This document shows, in pieces, positions 26,601 through 40,403 of a DNA stretch of 64,000 bases (its first letter is position 1; each line of letters begins with the position of its first letter). Made by a program: the position numbers and the translations under genes. Under the pieces are notes generated by a model. It was given only the letters and a program-made list of their open reading frames with translations, was not told where the DNA came from and did not search any database. The stretch comes from Tubiluchus corallicola (taxonomy: Eukaryota; Animalia; Priapulida): NCBI GenBank assembly GCA_030141605.1, contig JAQGDQ010000434.1, positions 62,001 to 126,000 on the forward strand, given 5' to 3'.

Positions 26601-29600
26601 TGGCAACTATAATTACTGACTTTATCTTGCCCATGATGACATGGATAACTATTTTAAAAAGAAAAGCAAAATGCTGCCTCACATCTGCACAATTCCTAAA
26701 GGGAAAACACACAAGCAGTTAAAAATTCTTGTTGTAAAGTCATTCTATTCTCACTAATTACCAGCTTTCTTTCTCGTCCCTAAAATATCTGCCTGATTTA
26801 ATTTCCGACAGCATTGTTATGAACCACGATATGAAGATACCAAGTCTTTCATGTAATAAGCAGCACAATTAGGCCTACTGCTGGTAACTCAACAACTCCT
26901 GGTTCAAATAACAATTCAATATGAGACGTTTCTTACTTTCGTTATTTCAGCCACCAAAGCTGCACTTCATTCAAACTTTTGACAATATGCATACATGTTT
27001 ATTACATGTTAATAATGCGAGCAATGTGTATTAAATTTATTCTACTTTTACTATACTCAAGCATTTTTTCACAAGTTGCACATATAAATATCATGTTCAC
27101 CTAATTTAATTCAAAACTAAACTGAATGCAAGAATCAGAACATATAGACTAAAAATGTCTGCACACGAAACTTCACCTTTGCAGCTTTAAAATTCTCAAA
27201 AAAATGAATTCCTAAAAGATGAAAAAACTGTACTATTTGTATGTGTGCGTACGATCAGCCTGATGTTTTAAAGTACAAAATTCTTTCTTTGCTAACGACA
27301 CTGAAGCCTGTTCTTGTTATTTAAGACAAACCGAAAAACAATTTGCCGTTGTGTTTATAGACAAAAGCTACACAGCTTTTAATAACGCAAATTTAATATA
27401 ATTCAAGGTTATAATTTTCTCCAATACTACCTATGTATATTACCAAATCTTACCAACTGTTTATCCGAATCACAAGAAATTACAAGTAACATAATATGAA
27501 AAGTAAATTACGATTTAATAAAAGCAATATACCTCGCTTGCAGCAGGATAAGGCATATGATCACTGTGAGCTCGTAAAGAGAACCACTGAAGTGAATCGT
27601 TGAGAGGAACATTGGCAAGATCCAGCACAACCTGAAGAAACATTGTATTCTACGTCAAAGAAACTGTATTGAAAGTGTACTCTTTTATTAAATATAGCAA
27701 AACTTGTAAATAGATTTCAAGTCTAGGCACTATGAACACAACAAAATCGAGATGTAGACGCACAGTTAAGCAGCGTTTTAACTTGATGATGATGACGACC
27801 GTGAATTTGTATCATAATCAATGCAGCAGCTGTTGAAACGCGAAGCGCACTGAAACTATTGACAGTGACAGAACAGTGACTATTCAAAAATGCGACACTT
27901 CTCCGAACTCAAGAAAACATTCAATCACATCTTCGAAAATAATTCCATTAAAAGAGACCACGCTGACCAAGTTTCGACTTTAAACTTATTCTGTATAATG
28001 GTCTACTACATATGTAATTAGGTTAAAGTAAAATTCCAATTCTAACTGATAAACAGTTGTGTGAAAACATTATATAATAAGTGAATGCTGAACCATTGCT
28101 ATATGTTAATGACATCACAGATAAACAATACGTACTTTATGTAGGAATGCTAATAAATTATTGCACTTTACTTAAAAACCTTGCACAAGCAGTTTAATGA
28201 GTGTCAAGAGAATTGACTTCATAAATAAACAATGTGCACTGTATTTAAATAGAAAACTCTGTTTAACAGGTCTATTCAGTTTATAAATCCAGCCGCTTAA
28301 TAAATCCATTTGGCTTCGCACCAAAGTGGACTTATTAAGTGACACACACTGAATTGGAAATTACCTCTCCTAAAAAGTCATTAATGCCATGTTTATCGTA
28401 ATCCCACATAGTTAGAACGAGAGAACGAGTGAACAAATCTTGTTTCCTGATTCCTTGAAAGGAAAATGTTTGATCCCACCTCGGTTCACAAGTCATAGCC
28501 ATTGTTTTGGTTCTGCGTTTCTCACTGAAATGAATAAAGCTACGAATTCAACATGCTCAGCTTGAACACAGTTCAGATTTTTTTATGCAGATGTCCAACC
28601 TGCAAACCGGTATCGAGCATTCTGTGGCAAGGTCTACTTAAGTGGATGAATGTAGCAAGATCAGAACTCAGCTTGCCTCATTATTGAAACTATTATCTAA
28701 GTTGAAACACCAAGCTGCAGATGTGTCTTAGCTACATTCGCATTTGAATACATTATCTTTCAACGAGATTAACAGTCAGAATCGGTATGAAGCAAAACCT
28801 GATTCCGGAGGACATCCATTCATTCACTGACTAGCTTCAGCACTGCACAACTTCAATTGCTAAGCACACAGTGACAGCTCAATCAGCTACTCTATTCATT
28901 CTTTGAGACTAATAGGCTGTCCACACGGTTGTTCAAAACTCTGTCAGTGTTGAAGGATCGTGTGAACACCGAGAATAACAGTGAAATTTGAATGTCATTC
29001 AGGTTTGATGATATCGAGCTGGTTTTAATTTCCGTCAGTGTCGGCCACCATTCTCGGAATAAACAGTCAATAATAATGTGTGCTAGTGACTCAGCCAGAA
29101 GAGCCAATTTAAAATGGGTGCCAGACTGCGCATTGTCACTAAAAAAGCAAATTATTAACAAAAAGTGACTTCGTATATTTTGTAAATGCATGAAATTTCC
29201 TTGAGCACACGTAAATTTCATAGATTTGTACAAGAAAATGTAAAGGAACTTGTGCTCGTACTGCAGTGATAAACCTGCAAAAGTGCAAGCTATGGTGCTT
29301 TGACAACCTACTCTTTGTGCAGAAGAGGTGGAAATTTGTCAAGTAATCAAACATGCTTGGTGCTATCAGCATATGACTTAAAAATTCTTTTGCGCATCTG
29401 CTCTTAATTCCTGAAATATTTGTTAACGTCTTGGGTCATTTATTTACAAAGTTCTTTTTTCATTGATTTCGCTTTCTCTTTGCAGCAAATGCTAAAACAA
29501 AACTCATTTTCATATAAACCATTTTGGCAGTATTCCAGAAATGAAGAAAGTATAAAGAACACCCCTTTAACGAACAGTTAAGTGCAAAGTAACTGCCAGT

Positions 29601-32600
29601 GAAAATTGATCACGTGGACAGAGTTCAGTGTTTTGAATGTCATTCTTTTGAAGGACCATGTGGACTATGGATAAGACTTATCATTTGTGCCAACATTTTC
29701 ACAAAAGAAATTGCATCTAAAGCAAAACTTTGTTACAAGCCTACTTAAAAATTTACAGATATAAACAAGCATACAGTTATATAGAACAAAATAAACTACT
29801 GGTGCTGTAAATTTAATTCTTGCCTGCCTTGAAAAGTCACTGAAAATAGAGTTTAAATTTAAAAAAAGCAGCTGTCAACAATCAGTTGTGCAGATTTTCA
29901 AAATCTAACATCAGGCTTAGATGCACAGCATACGTTACCTGTATTAATTCAAGTCTGCATTCAATCATGCAAACTTTCGTTATCTACTAAAATGAAGCTG
30001 ATATGACACTACAAAATCACTCACCTTCGATCAGGTAGCAGAACCATCTTTATATAGGGGTTCCTAGGCTGATAGTTTGATTGTTTTAATGGCAGGTCAG
30101 TTGCACAAATGACAGTCACATATAACTGCGATCGCACACTGTCATACAAAAGCCGTAACTGTAAAAGTAAGTGAATTTCCATAAAAATTGGTAAACTGAA
30201 TGAGAAAAATGCTATGCGATACACATCAAACTAATACTACCTTAAAATCAGTAAGGTACTGTATGATTCCAGCAAAAATTACAGCTCGCGATGGAGTGAA
30301 CCACAACTACACATTTACAAAAATCATTTTACATATAAAACAATAAGTTACAGCATTTGGTCCATACGAGCCATTTGGCACTTATATTGCCTTTAGCTGC
30401 TTTTTGCATTTAACAAGAAAGGACTAGGTCCTAAGCTCCACAACACGACAAAACCATTCATAGAAAAATTTACCTAGTTAAGACAGGTTAAAGAGGTCAA
30501 AAAGACTCCATAGGAAACCTTCTCTTGTCAATATATCTTATCAAAGACACTTGCAAAAGAACCGCTAGACTAGCAGGGACACTCATTGCTTAGCCAAAAA
30601 TCTCAGAAACACAAAAATATTAGTGATTTTAACCTATGTTCAGCAACAACACACTTTAAACTACAAAGAAAAAGATATACCTGCACCCGCCCTTCAATTT
30701 CCGGCGAAAGAGGTCGCAACATGGTTGTCTCACGAGCACCCGGTGATGTAACCGTTACACTTGGTCTTCTATCTAAGCTAATTTGCTCTTGTATTCGAGG
30801 TCTTTGAAAACCATCATCTACAACAGAATACATGGTTACATAACAATACATAAGAGACAAGTACATGTGCATATTCAGAAATGTAATATTCACAGATCTG
30901 ACAAGTTAAATTTTTTATCTTTTTTTAACGAAGCGTACTAGCTGCTTTCAACCGTCAGTTTTTCATTCTTAATAAAATTAATAATGTTTTGTATTTTGTA
31001 CTTCATCATTCGACAGTACATACTATGCAAAATATCCCAATTTTAATTTTGCTAGCTTATTAATTTATAAGCAGCGCACACACTTTTGCTGTTCATATGA
31101 AAGTGCCTTTCACTTAAAACTTTGAGTATTAGTATAACATCGATAATTATTCTTATTAATACTCTAAAAATAACTCAAATAACTATTGTCAGTTTCACTA
31201 GTCACAGTGATGACGGCACATACTAATTAGATTAGCAGACAGTCCATTTCAAAGGAATAGTAACTGTAGACACTGCCACAGCAATGTACTGATGAATAAA
31301 ACACCAAACACTGGCATATATTTGTGAGATTACCTTCTAAAAGTATAAGAATTAATGCTAATCAACTCATGCATTATATGATACCTCATACAATCATTAT
31401 AGCACAAAACATGGAAATTTCTTGACACAATTACCAAAATTTGCGCAAAACTATGAGAGAAGATTATATTGATAGTTTTAAATGCATGTCTCATCTCTCT
31501 AGTGCTAACCAGAAATATACTTGATCTAGCATTCAATTGCAATATCTGTCCTCCAGATATTGTACAATATTATAACCCACTTTGATATTTTACTGAACCA
31601 GATACAGTCATGTTAATACACATTTCTGTTTCATTTTACATAAATTAAAGAAAGCGAAAAACTGCTTCAAGTTAGCTGCTTCTTACTCTACATTGGCTGT
31701 TATCAACAGAGGAATCTACTACGAAATAATAATCTAATCTTTCTGAGAACCACAACTAAAATATTTATAGCAGTGTGATTACTGCCAAGCCCGGTCAGGC
31801 TTTGAACATAGTATGCAATTTAATTAGCTGAAATGTCATCTATAATCTAGCAGTCAAGCCAGCGAAGACTAATAGCTGAAGCAATATTGGAAAGAAATAA
31901 TTCAGAAAATCAGCCACAGCAGCATGACAAATATTGCCATATGGTACAACAAATTTGTCAACTTTGGTTTACTTTACTTAAAAAACTATGACAAAAAAAC
32001 TGATGCAATTAAAATAGTGTGCCTTAAGTAGACAATTATTAATTTAATTACAACGAAATAGGTGCAGGCAGTAGGATTGTCGAAAAGCAAAAAATATGAT
32101 AACTCAGCAAACTCATAAAACATTGCCTATCAACAGGTAGTCCTACAAGTGACATTTAATAATGTTAACAAATCAACAATTACCTTTAGGATGCTCAGCC
32201 AGTTCAGAACCAATTGGACTGGATGCACAAAAAATACAGAAAAATCAAATTCAGCAGTTAATACAAGTCAAATTACACTAGATCTAGGAATGTATAAAAG
32301 TTGACTTAGCACAGCAAAGACTGTTCCTTTTTAATATTATTAGACATTAGGTATGCAACTATAATCTAAAATGGTGTACAAATTTGAAGGACAAATAACC
32401 AAAACAACTGATATAGTTACCCTAAGTTCCTCTGTACTACCAGTTCCACTTGGGGCTCATGCTTTGATTCAAAAATGATGTCATAAACTTCTTCAAAAGT
32501 GGCTCCTTTCAAAGACTGTCCATTCCACTCTAATACTTCGTCCCCTGCAAAATGAAAAGATTCGAAGCTAAGTCAATAAAATCACCATCTAAGCCAGAGT

Positions 32601-35600
32601 AATCTCAATGTACACTTTTAATGCATAGTTCCACAAAACATTCAGATAATGTTTACTGTGCTCCAATTTTAGTCAACAAATTGAGCACTTTTTCTTGTTA
32701 AACATTTACAATTTTCCAAGTAAAAGCAGCCATTAAGCACATTTCAAGTAATTCTGCCATGTAGTTTCACTACAACACCCGATTTACACATTTCATTCCA
32801 GCGTTTAAAATATTTAAAAAAGCAATAAGGTTCTCTGCAAAAAAACAAGAAATTGGCTATTTGACATGCCTGGTCGCAAGTGTCCAACGGTGTCCGCAAT
32901 ACTGCCTTTCTTTACTTTTGTTATGAATGCACCTAATCGTCCAGACTCAGTCATCTTGCCACCTACAACTTTAAGGCCAAGGATTGCACTAGAGTCACGC
33001 CCTTGGCCATCTTTTATTGTCTTTTTCAGTATCATGTGACCTATAAGCTTTGTTCCATCTGCAGACGGTTGCCATGTTACAGGATGCTGAAAATGCAAAG
33101 AAATAAATGTCAAATGATCAGGTTAAAGTTTAGAAAGCAGTCAAGATTTTTTTATAATTTAGATAGCTGTATAATATTTAAGTCTATCACCCAACTTTAA
33201 CTGTGCAGAAAATGCACAAGTTTAGCAGATTCATTGTTTATCACAGATACCTCCTTCTAGATAAAACTGCAAAGCTGTCAAAGAAACAATAATCACTAAT
33301 ATAATGCAAAACTGACACTACCAGAATCTGAACTTGAATTCCCAACTTTGGAAAACATTGCTTCGAACCTAAGCAACTCACCAAGAAAACATTAAACTTG
33401 GATTCTATGTCAATGTAAATGCATATTAGTGAGAAAAGTCTAAGTCGTGTAAAACAGTTTTTTTAACTACAAATTTTCCTTGAGTTTAGCAATACTCTTT
33501 TACATTGCAGATCTATGTACAAGTAATATACATGCATCACGAGTTTGCATTAATTTGCAATACACAAGCAAATGAGTATAGTGAAGTCAAGGCTTTATAG
33601 CTATAAAAACTGTCTGTTCGAAAACAAGTAAATGGATACATAACTATAAAAACTTAAGAAAAAAATTAATGCTAAAAATGCTAATTCATAGAAAACGAGA
33701 AAAGAAAACATATATAATCTCATTTCCAACATAGTCCTACACACAGGTAACAGAGTCAGACACGAATTTATTATTATCAATTTTTGGTGTTGCACATTAA
33801 TAAAACAAAAAACACCAAGCATGCTACAAAACACTCCGTTAAGCACAAACAGCACATCTATTCAACAGCGAATGAAAGCCTGCAATATGTGACAATAATA
33901 AACAACATCGATGCACTTAAAACAGTATCAGTGGTCAAAAATAAATCAGTGTGTACATGAACACATGTAGAATACACGTAAGCAGCAACAGTGTGCTGAC
34001 TACTATAAGTATATAGACCAAGTACTGTAATTATAAAAGCAAGCAGTTGTATGAACCAATCCACAAACACTGCTTGAGGAGAACCAGAAGACTATGACGA
34101 GCATACGAAATAATTGACAAACTAAATGGCAATGCAGCAGCAAAATAGTGAAGTAAAAAGGTGACGCTTAGTAGCTGTGCGTAAAAGAACTTATGACAGA
34201 TAGGAGGAGCTTAGCAAAAAATATCGGATCATTCTTCTTGACTCTCGACAGAAAACTAATCATCTTGTACATGACAACGATGACTTGTGAAAGTTACCTT
34301 AAGTGGTTCCTCAGAAAGCGTAGCGCAACTACTAGTGTCAATGCCAGAGTCCTTAATTTGAGGCTCAGACAAACTCCCACTATCCTCCTCCAGCGAGTGG
34401 CCGCGGTAGCCCTCGCGTTCGCCAAATCGCACTATTCTCTTTTTTGTCTCTGACATTTCCACTAAAGAACCTACTCTACGCACGTCATAGCTTTCTAGTT
34501 CTCCTACAACAGAATTAAAATAGGGCAACTTCAAGCTACTACAGTACAAGGCAATACTGTCAGAGAGTCTTTCCAGCACTGGCAATAAACTAGCTGTGGT
34601 ACCCAATTGGTAAAGCAAAAATGACCTTGCAATTCATTTCGGTACAAAAGTTGATTACCAGTAAGCAAAGACTCTCTAAAAGGCATTAATAAATATGAAA
34701 TGCTCACCGCTAGGAACTTTTTGATTTTAGCTGCTAAAATTTCATCTCTTTTCCAGGGTTCATCCCATAACTCTGGGTCCCCTGTGGTGTCAATTATGAA
34801 AAATATTGTACAAGTTAAATTAATTACTATTTAAATTCCATAAATTATTTACCTAATTAGTTTTACTTACAATTAAAATAAAATAAGGTGTTCTGAAGAA
34901 TAAAGTTTGGAATTCAAATATGAATAACAGCTAAACGAATAGACTTTAAATGTGCACCAATAAAGGTGAAATAGCAGTGGTAAGCAGTTTTAATACCTTT
35001 TTCACTGACACTTTCACTTTCGATTTCTCCTTCCTCACAGCTGGTACATTCAGGAGTTGATCGTATCTCATCATCAGAACTACTAAGAGAATGTTGCCGT
35101 CTGGACTGCTTTCCTTTACTGCGATGCTTATGTGGTTTTGGTGGTGGAGGCCTAACACATTCTGACTGATCAGAGCTAAGAGAATCATTGCGTAACATTG
35201 TTTCTACTTTGCGGCGATTATTGCCTTTTGATCCTTTACTAACTGCCGAGCTAGGATCTAGATGATGATGACGTCTTTCCTGCATCCTATCCAGATCTTG
35301 CAAGTCAGCCTCAGCAATGCGACGACCACCTGTTGGGGATTTATCAGGAGTATACTGATCGTACATATCCTTGGAATTCTGGCGAGATAATGACTGTCTT
35401 TGGCTTATACGATTAGAATCTATATTATCGTCTTTCATTCGCCGTACATGATCGTGCTCCCTAGAAGGCCTTCTTTCCAGATTTGCACGATTACGTTCTC
35501 TATCCCTCTCAGTTTCTCTTCTTTCTCTTTCAGGCCCACGCTTTTCGACATCTGTCTCTCGGTGTTCTCTCTCAGTTTTGATACCCTCTCGCTCAGACGG

Positions 35601-38600
35601 GTAACCTTTAGCACGGTCATCTCGTGCTGGCTTTGTTCGTTCATCTCGTGGAGCATCATCTCGACTTCTTTCTTCGTATCTTCGATCATCATCACGCTGT
35701 TTATCACCATTTCTGGTTTCTCTGGGCCTCATTTCACGTACTTGATGTCTTGTAGGAGTTCCAGCACTATGTCCCGTATCTCTCAGTGCACGTTCACTAG
35801 CACCTTCCTTTCTATGATTACGTTCTTTTGATCGATCATAAATACTGTCATTATCTCTCCTAGAATCAGTATCTCTGCCTCTGTATCTCTCATCACGATG
35901 ATCGCGCCGTCGTTCAGCATCCCCTGACGGCCTTTTATCTCCCCTATGCCTTTCATCTCGGTACCTGTCTTCATCGCGATGTCTGTCTGGTGAAGCATGA
36001 CGCCTGTCATTTCGCCGCGATCTGTCACTAGTATGTGAACTAACACTGTCACTACGTTTTCTATGTTCAAGCCTCTCGTCTGGATATGCGCCCCTATCTC
36101 GTTCATGTTTATAACGATATTCGGGATCAGCAGATTCTGAGCGACGGCGTGATATATCTGACGACCCCCTTCGCATTTCACTTTGAGTTCTTTCACGACC
36201 GCGACAAGTATCACTTGACCTACTATCACGGCCACCATCTTGTCCATGATCACCACCCTTGTCTTCATTGGTTGAATACTGCCTTTTTAACTCTTTACTT
36301 TGTTGACTACTAACTCTAGATATAGAAGCTCTCCCTATACTATCTCTTTCCGAGCCAATCCCACTATCACCTTGCGAATTTTGTTGTCGTGCCCTTTTTT
36401 CAGGGGGTGACACGTCCGGTTTACTTGCTAATGAGGCAGTTTCACTTCCTGAGTCCAAGTCCAATGACAATGGCTTTGCATTGGGGCCATGATACCACTG
36501 ACCCGTTTTTGCCATAATTTGCTGCTTCTTTCGACACAAGTTGCATGACCACACAGTCTGAAAAAGGCAAGAGTTTTACTTATTGACAGACAGTGAGTGC
36601 TCTGCTATCAGTTAGCTATCTTCACACATTTAATTGAAAAATATAAATTAATAAAGAAAACATGCCTAGCGGCTACTAGCCTAATAAACAGATTAAAAAA
36701 ATGCCAAAACACATTAATGATATCACTCAATGCAAACCATGTAATTTCTCTTTATCTAGGCAGAATGCAGTTTCTAAAGTTGTTATAATAATCACAAATT
36801 TCTAGCAGTAATACATGTTTAATTAAACATTGGCTTGCTGAATTTAATCCCACCAATTACCATTGCAAGGTGCAACAGCTTTGTACAATAAACCTGTGAA
36901 AAGCTGATTACAATTCAGTCAACAAGACATTAATGCATAATGGTACTGTACTTATAAAGTTCCATAACATAGACCTATATATCAATTATACATTCACCAA
37001 AGTATATCAGTTTATAAGCAAAATATTATTTTAAAAAAATGTAGTTATGCATAACGTCGCTAAGTGCCTGATAGACATGCGAAGTGTTTCACTCTACTAT
37101 GGTAGTATGTGCAGCACATTTTCTGGAATAGTTCACGCTGATTGTCACAATATGCATTTGTCACTAACTACAAGACAGCCAAAAAAACATTTCACAAGCT
37201 CTGCCAAAACAACTAAGCTTAAGTGAAATTGTTATAAAATGTAAATTTTCACTTTAATTCCAATAATTTCATCATCGCAAATAAACAGCGGTAAATTGTC
37301 AATGAAAATTTTGCAAATTCATGCTAAATATAAGAACTAAGAAATTATTTCTCAAACTATACAACTATACATAAACTCACATTGAAAAACAGCTAGCAAT
37401 CAGAAAATGTCATAAAAATGCATCATTATCACTTCTAAATGAAGCAACAAGCATTGGAACTGAAACTGTTCATTTTCTAGTGACTTCAACTTTGGCAAAC
37501 CCCGTTTTATTTATATAACGTCCTGTCTGACAAAATTAACAACTTAAATAGGTTATCCATAATAGAAGGGCCTGCATAAGTTACAGGAAATCAATGTTTT
37601 ACTTAGTATAGAGGTTAAATATAAAACTCAGTCAAGCAAGCAAATTATGTAACTAACTCTACTTATGTGTGAAATTACAATCGATACAAAACACTAAGTG
37701 ACTAGTGGGACTTTGGAATTTATTTAAAGGCAGGTTAATCACTAGTTCATGCCAGAAGGTTTGTTGGTTATAAATAACTGAAGTGGAAAATGAGTACGGG
37801 CAGCACACTTTAGCATGGATAACAACTATTTACAAATGATCAAGCACAGCATAAAAAGTTGCAGTGTCCGGTTAACATTACTTTTTTGAAGGTGCTTTCT
37901 AGAACAAAGCGTGCATACTCTACCGGTGTCTTAACACTAGAAATACTCACTTTACTGGTAAGAGGTTTTCCAGACTGTAATAAAAAAGAACAGACATTCA
38001 TACAAGAGAATCAGCTTTACATGCAAATCAGTACTCATATGATATTTGCACACACCAAGTCTCAGCAGTTAATTTACATGACATCATGTTTGAATTTGGG
38101 ATTAAGTTGCCATACCCCATCATTTAATTCGCAACAAAGTATACCTAAATTATTGTTTGCAAGCTCAACTGCATCCATATCCGTATCACTTACCTACCTG
38201 ATTGTCACAACCTGGCAATAGGTTAAACGACTCAAACCCAATGATGCCAAAGTAAACCACTATACATAATAACAATTTTATTAGTTCCTTGCACTTTGAC
38301 ATACCACTTTATTTCCAACACTTAGATGTACTCCATGCTAATGAAGGATACTAACTTTGACATGATGTAACTTCACAGAATCGTATATGGTACCTTCAAG
38401 ATTTGGCAAAATGGTAAAAAACATACAGAAAGCATCATTTGAAATATACTCTGCCATTATTAGCTTACATATCTGCAGGATAATTGAATGCTTCACGAAC
38501 CACTTTTAACTGTGAAAGAACATTTAATGCAATTGTGGAGTGTCGGTTTAGTAAGTTCTTTGAAAAAATTATATGAATATTATTTAAACTAATACGTGTA

Positions 38601-40349
38601 AAACTGTGTATTTAATCATTATAAAACATGTATTCATATAATGTTTTCAGTCAAATTCATAATAACTACAGCACTTAAATGTTTTGAGAATGATATTAAG
38701 AAATAAAATTGCCAAGGATTAACAATTTGCCACTGCAACCTTTTATGCAGTATAGTTACAAGGTATACGTTTTAAGAAAGTGAAATAAAAACAAATGCAT
38801 ATTTAATACATCATATAACTGCCACTTTTTGTACTTGATAAATGTAATGTGTTGCAAATTTTAAGCTTTTAATTTAGACGACAAAAAACTGAGAAAAAAA
38901 TCACACCTCATTGTACACCTCAATAAAAGTATTCAGGAGTGATTTAATTAGTTGATACTAACAGACCCACATTTCAGCTCATTTTTGCTGCTGCTCGTTT
39001 CTAGGAACAGGTAGTGAATGTAGCCTCACAGACTGCGATACCACAGTACTAATTAATGCATAATGTTAGAAACGAAGCAGCCCATCAAACTTATCAACTA
39101 TGATAATACAAATTAAATCTGCTAGTTTGGGGTATTTAGTCCAATGCGCAAATTTTGCTTCATACACGTATTTAGAGTATTCAAGCAGTTTAACTTAGCC
39201 CTACCTCAAACTTTGATAGCAGCTAGAAAATCAACAATGTTTATTATTGCCCCATAACCAAGCCACGCTTACTCACTTCACTGACCAATGATTAATCTTA
39301 AAATTTAAAATTCCCAAAACTGATTTAGCTTGCATGGCCCTCAATATGCTAGCCACCCGTATCGTGCAAAATGTTTAATTTCTCAGGACGAACAGCCTAG
39401 TTGTTGTTCATTTCAAAATACATGCAGTCTTTTCGTTTACAATAATAAAAAATATTAGTTATTAATACTTATTAATGACTAACCCATTTGGTAGCACATA
39501 GTAATATAAATCAGGGCTAGCTCTAATACAATAGGCCTACTAAGTATAATATCATTTTACTCAATATTAACAAAAGAGCTACATAAATTAAATTCTTTGA
39601 CTCTTTTTATTTAAAATGCACAATACTTGAAACATACATGATATAACATTAGACAAAGGCACATTAAAATAAATGATTATAATCAAGCAAGGTTAACTGA
39701 TAGTTAAGCGGACACAGCATGTGCTTGGAGACAGACTGCCAAAACTGCTCAGTGAATTGATGAGTGATAGCCGGGTCCAAAATTTGCTCAATCTGGGTGA
39801 AAATTATTTTAGGAACCTTATTGTAAAGGTTAACAGTGGAGCTTGAAATTAAACGTTAAAATACGAGTTATACTTATTTCTAATAATATAATCGTCTGTA
39901 TAAACAAAATTGTTGTGAAAAATGTCATAAAATATAATCAATTATCAGAAAAGTAATATAGATTATTTTGCACCTTTATTTATGAAATCTTAATTACCAA
40001 GTGATCACGGGTTGACACCAAAAGTTGTGACGACAGCGCCTGCTCACCTGACAATAGTTCACTGGAGGCAATGGTATTTTTATCTATTTTACCAACAGCC
40101 TAGCTAGCAAAAAGGTAACAGGAAAGTGGAAATAATAATACATATATGTACCTAAATGAAAAGCTAATGATTAGTTGATTATTGTGTTTAAACAAATGAT
40201 AAATGACTAATTACTGCATACTAATTACAAAAAGTGCAGTTTTAAAATCCTTGTCCAGAAAAAAGAGAAACAGCTGGTAGAGTAGAAGTTTACACAATTG
40301 GAGCAGCTTGACCTGCAAATCAGAATGTACCTGACATTAATTGTTAGAT

Positions 40350-40403
<54 letters not shown>

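Noticed and set aside
26403-26606. ORF starting just after an AG in the RIM intron following exon 11
   Set aside because: No phase-compatible donor and no RIM similarity.
34946-36313. Several overlapping ORFs on both strands
   Set aside because: Alternative-frame shadows of the low-complexity RIM exon 3.
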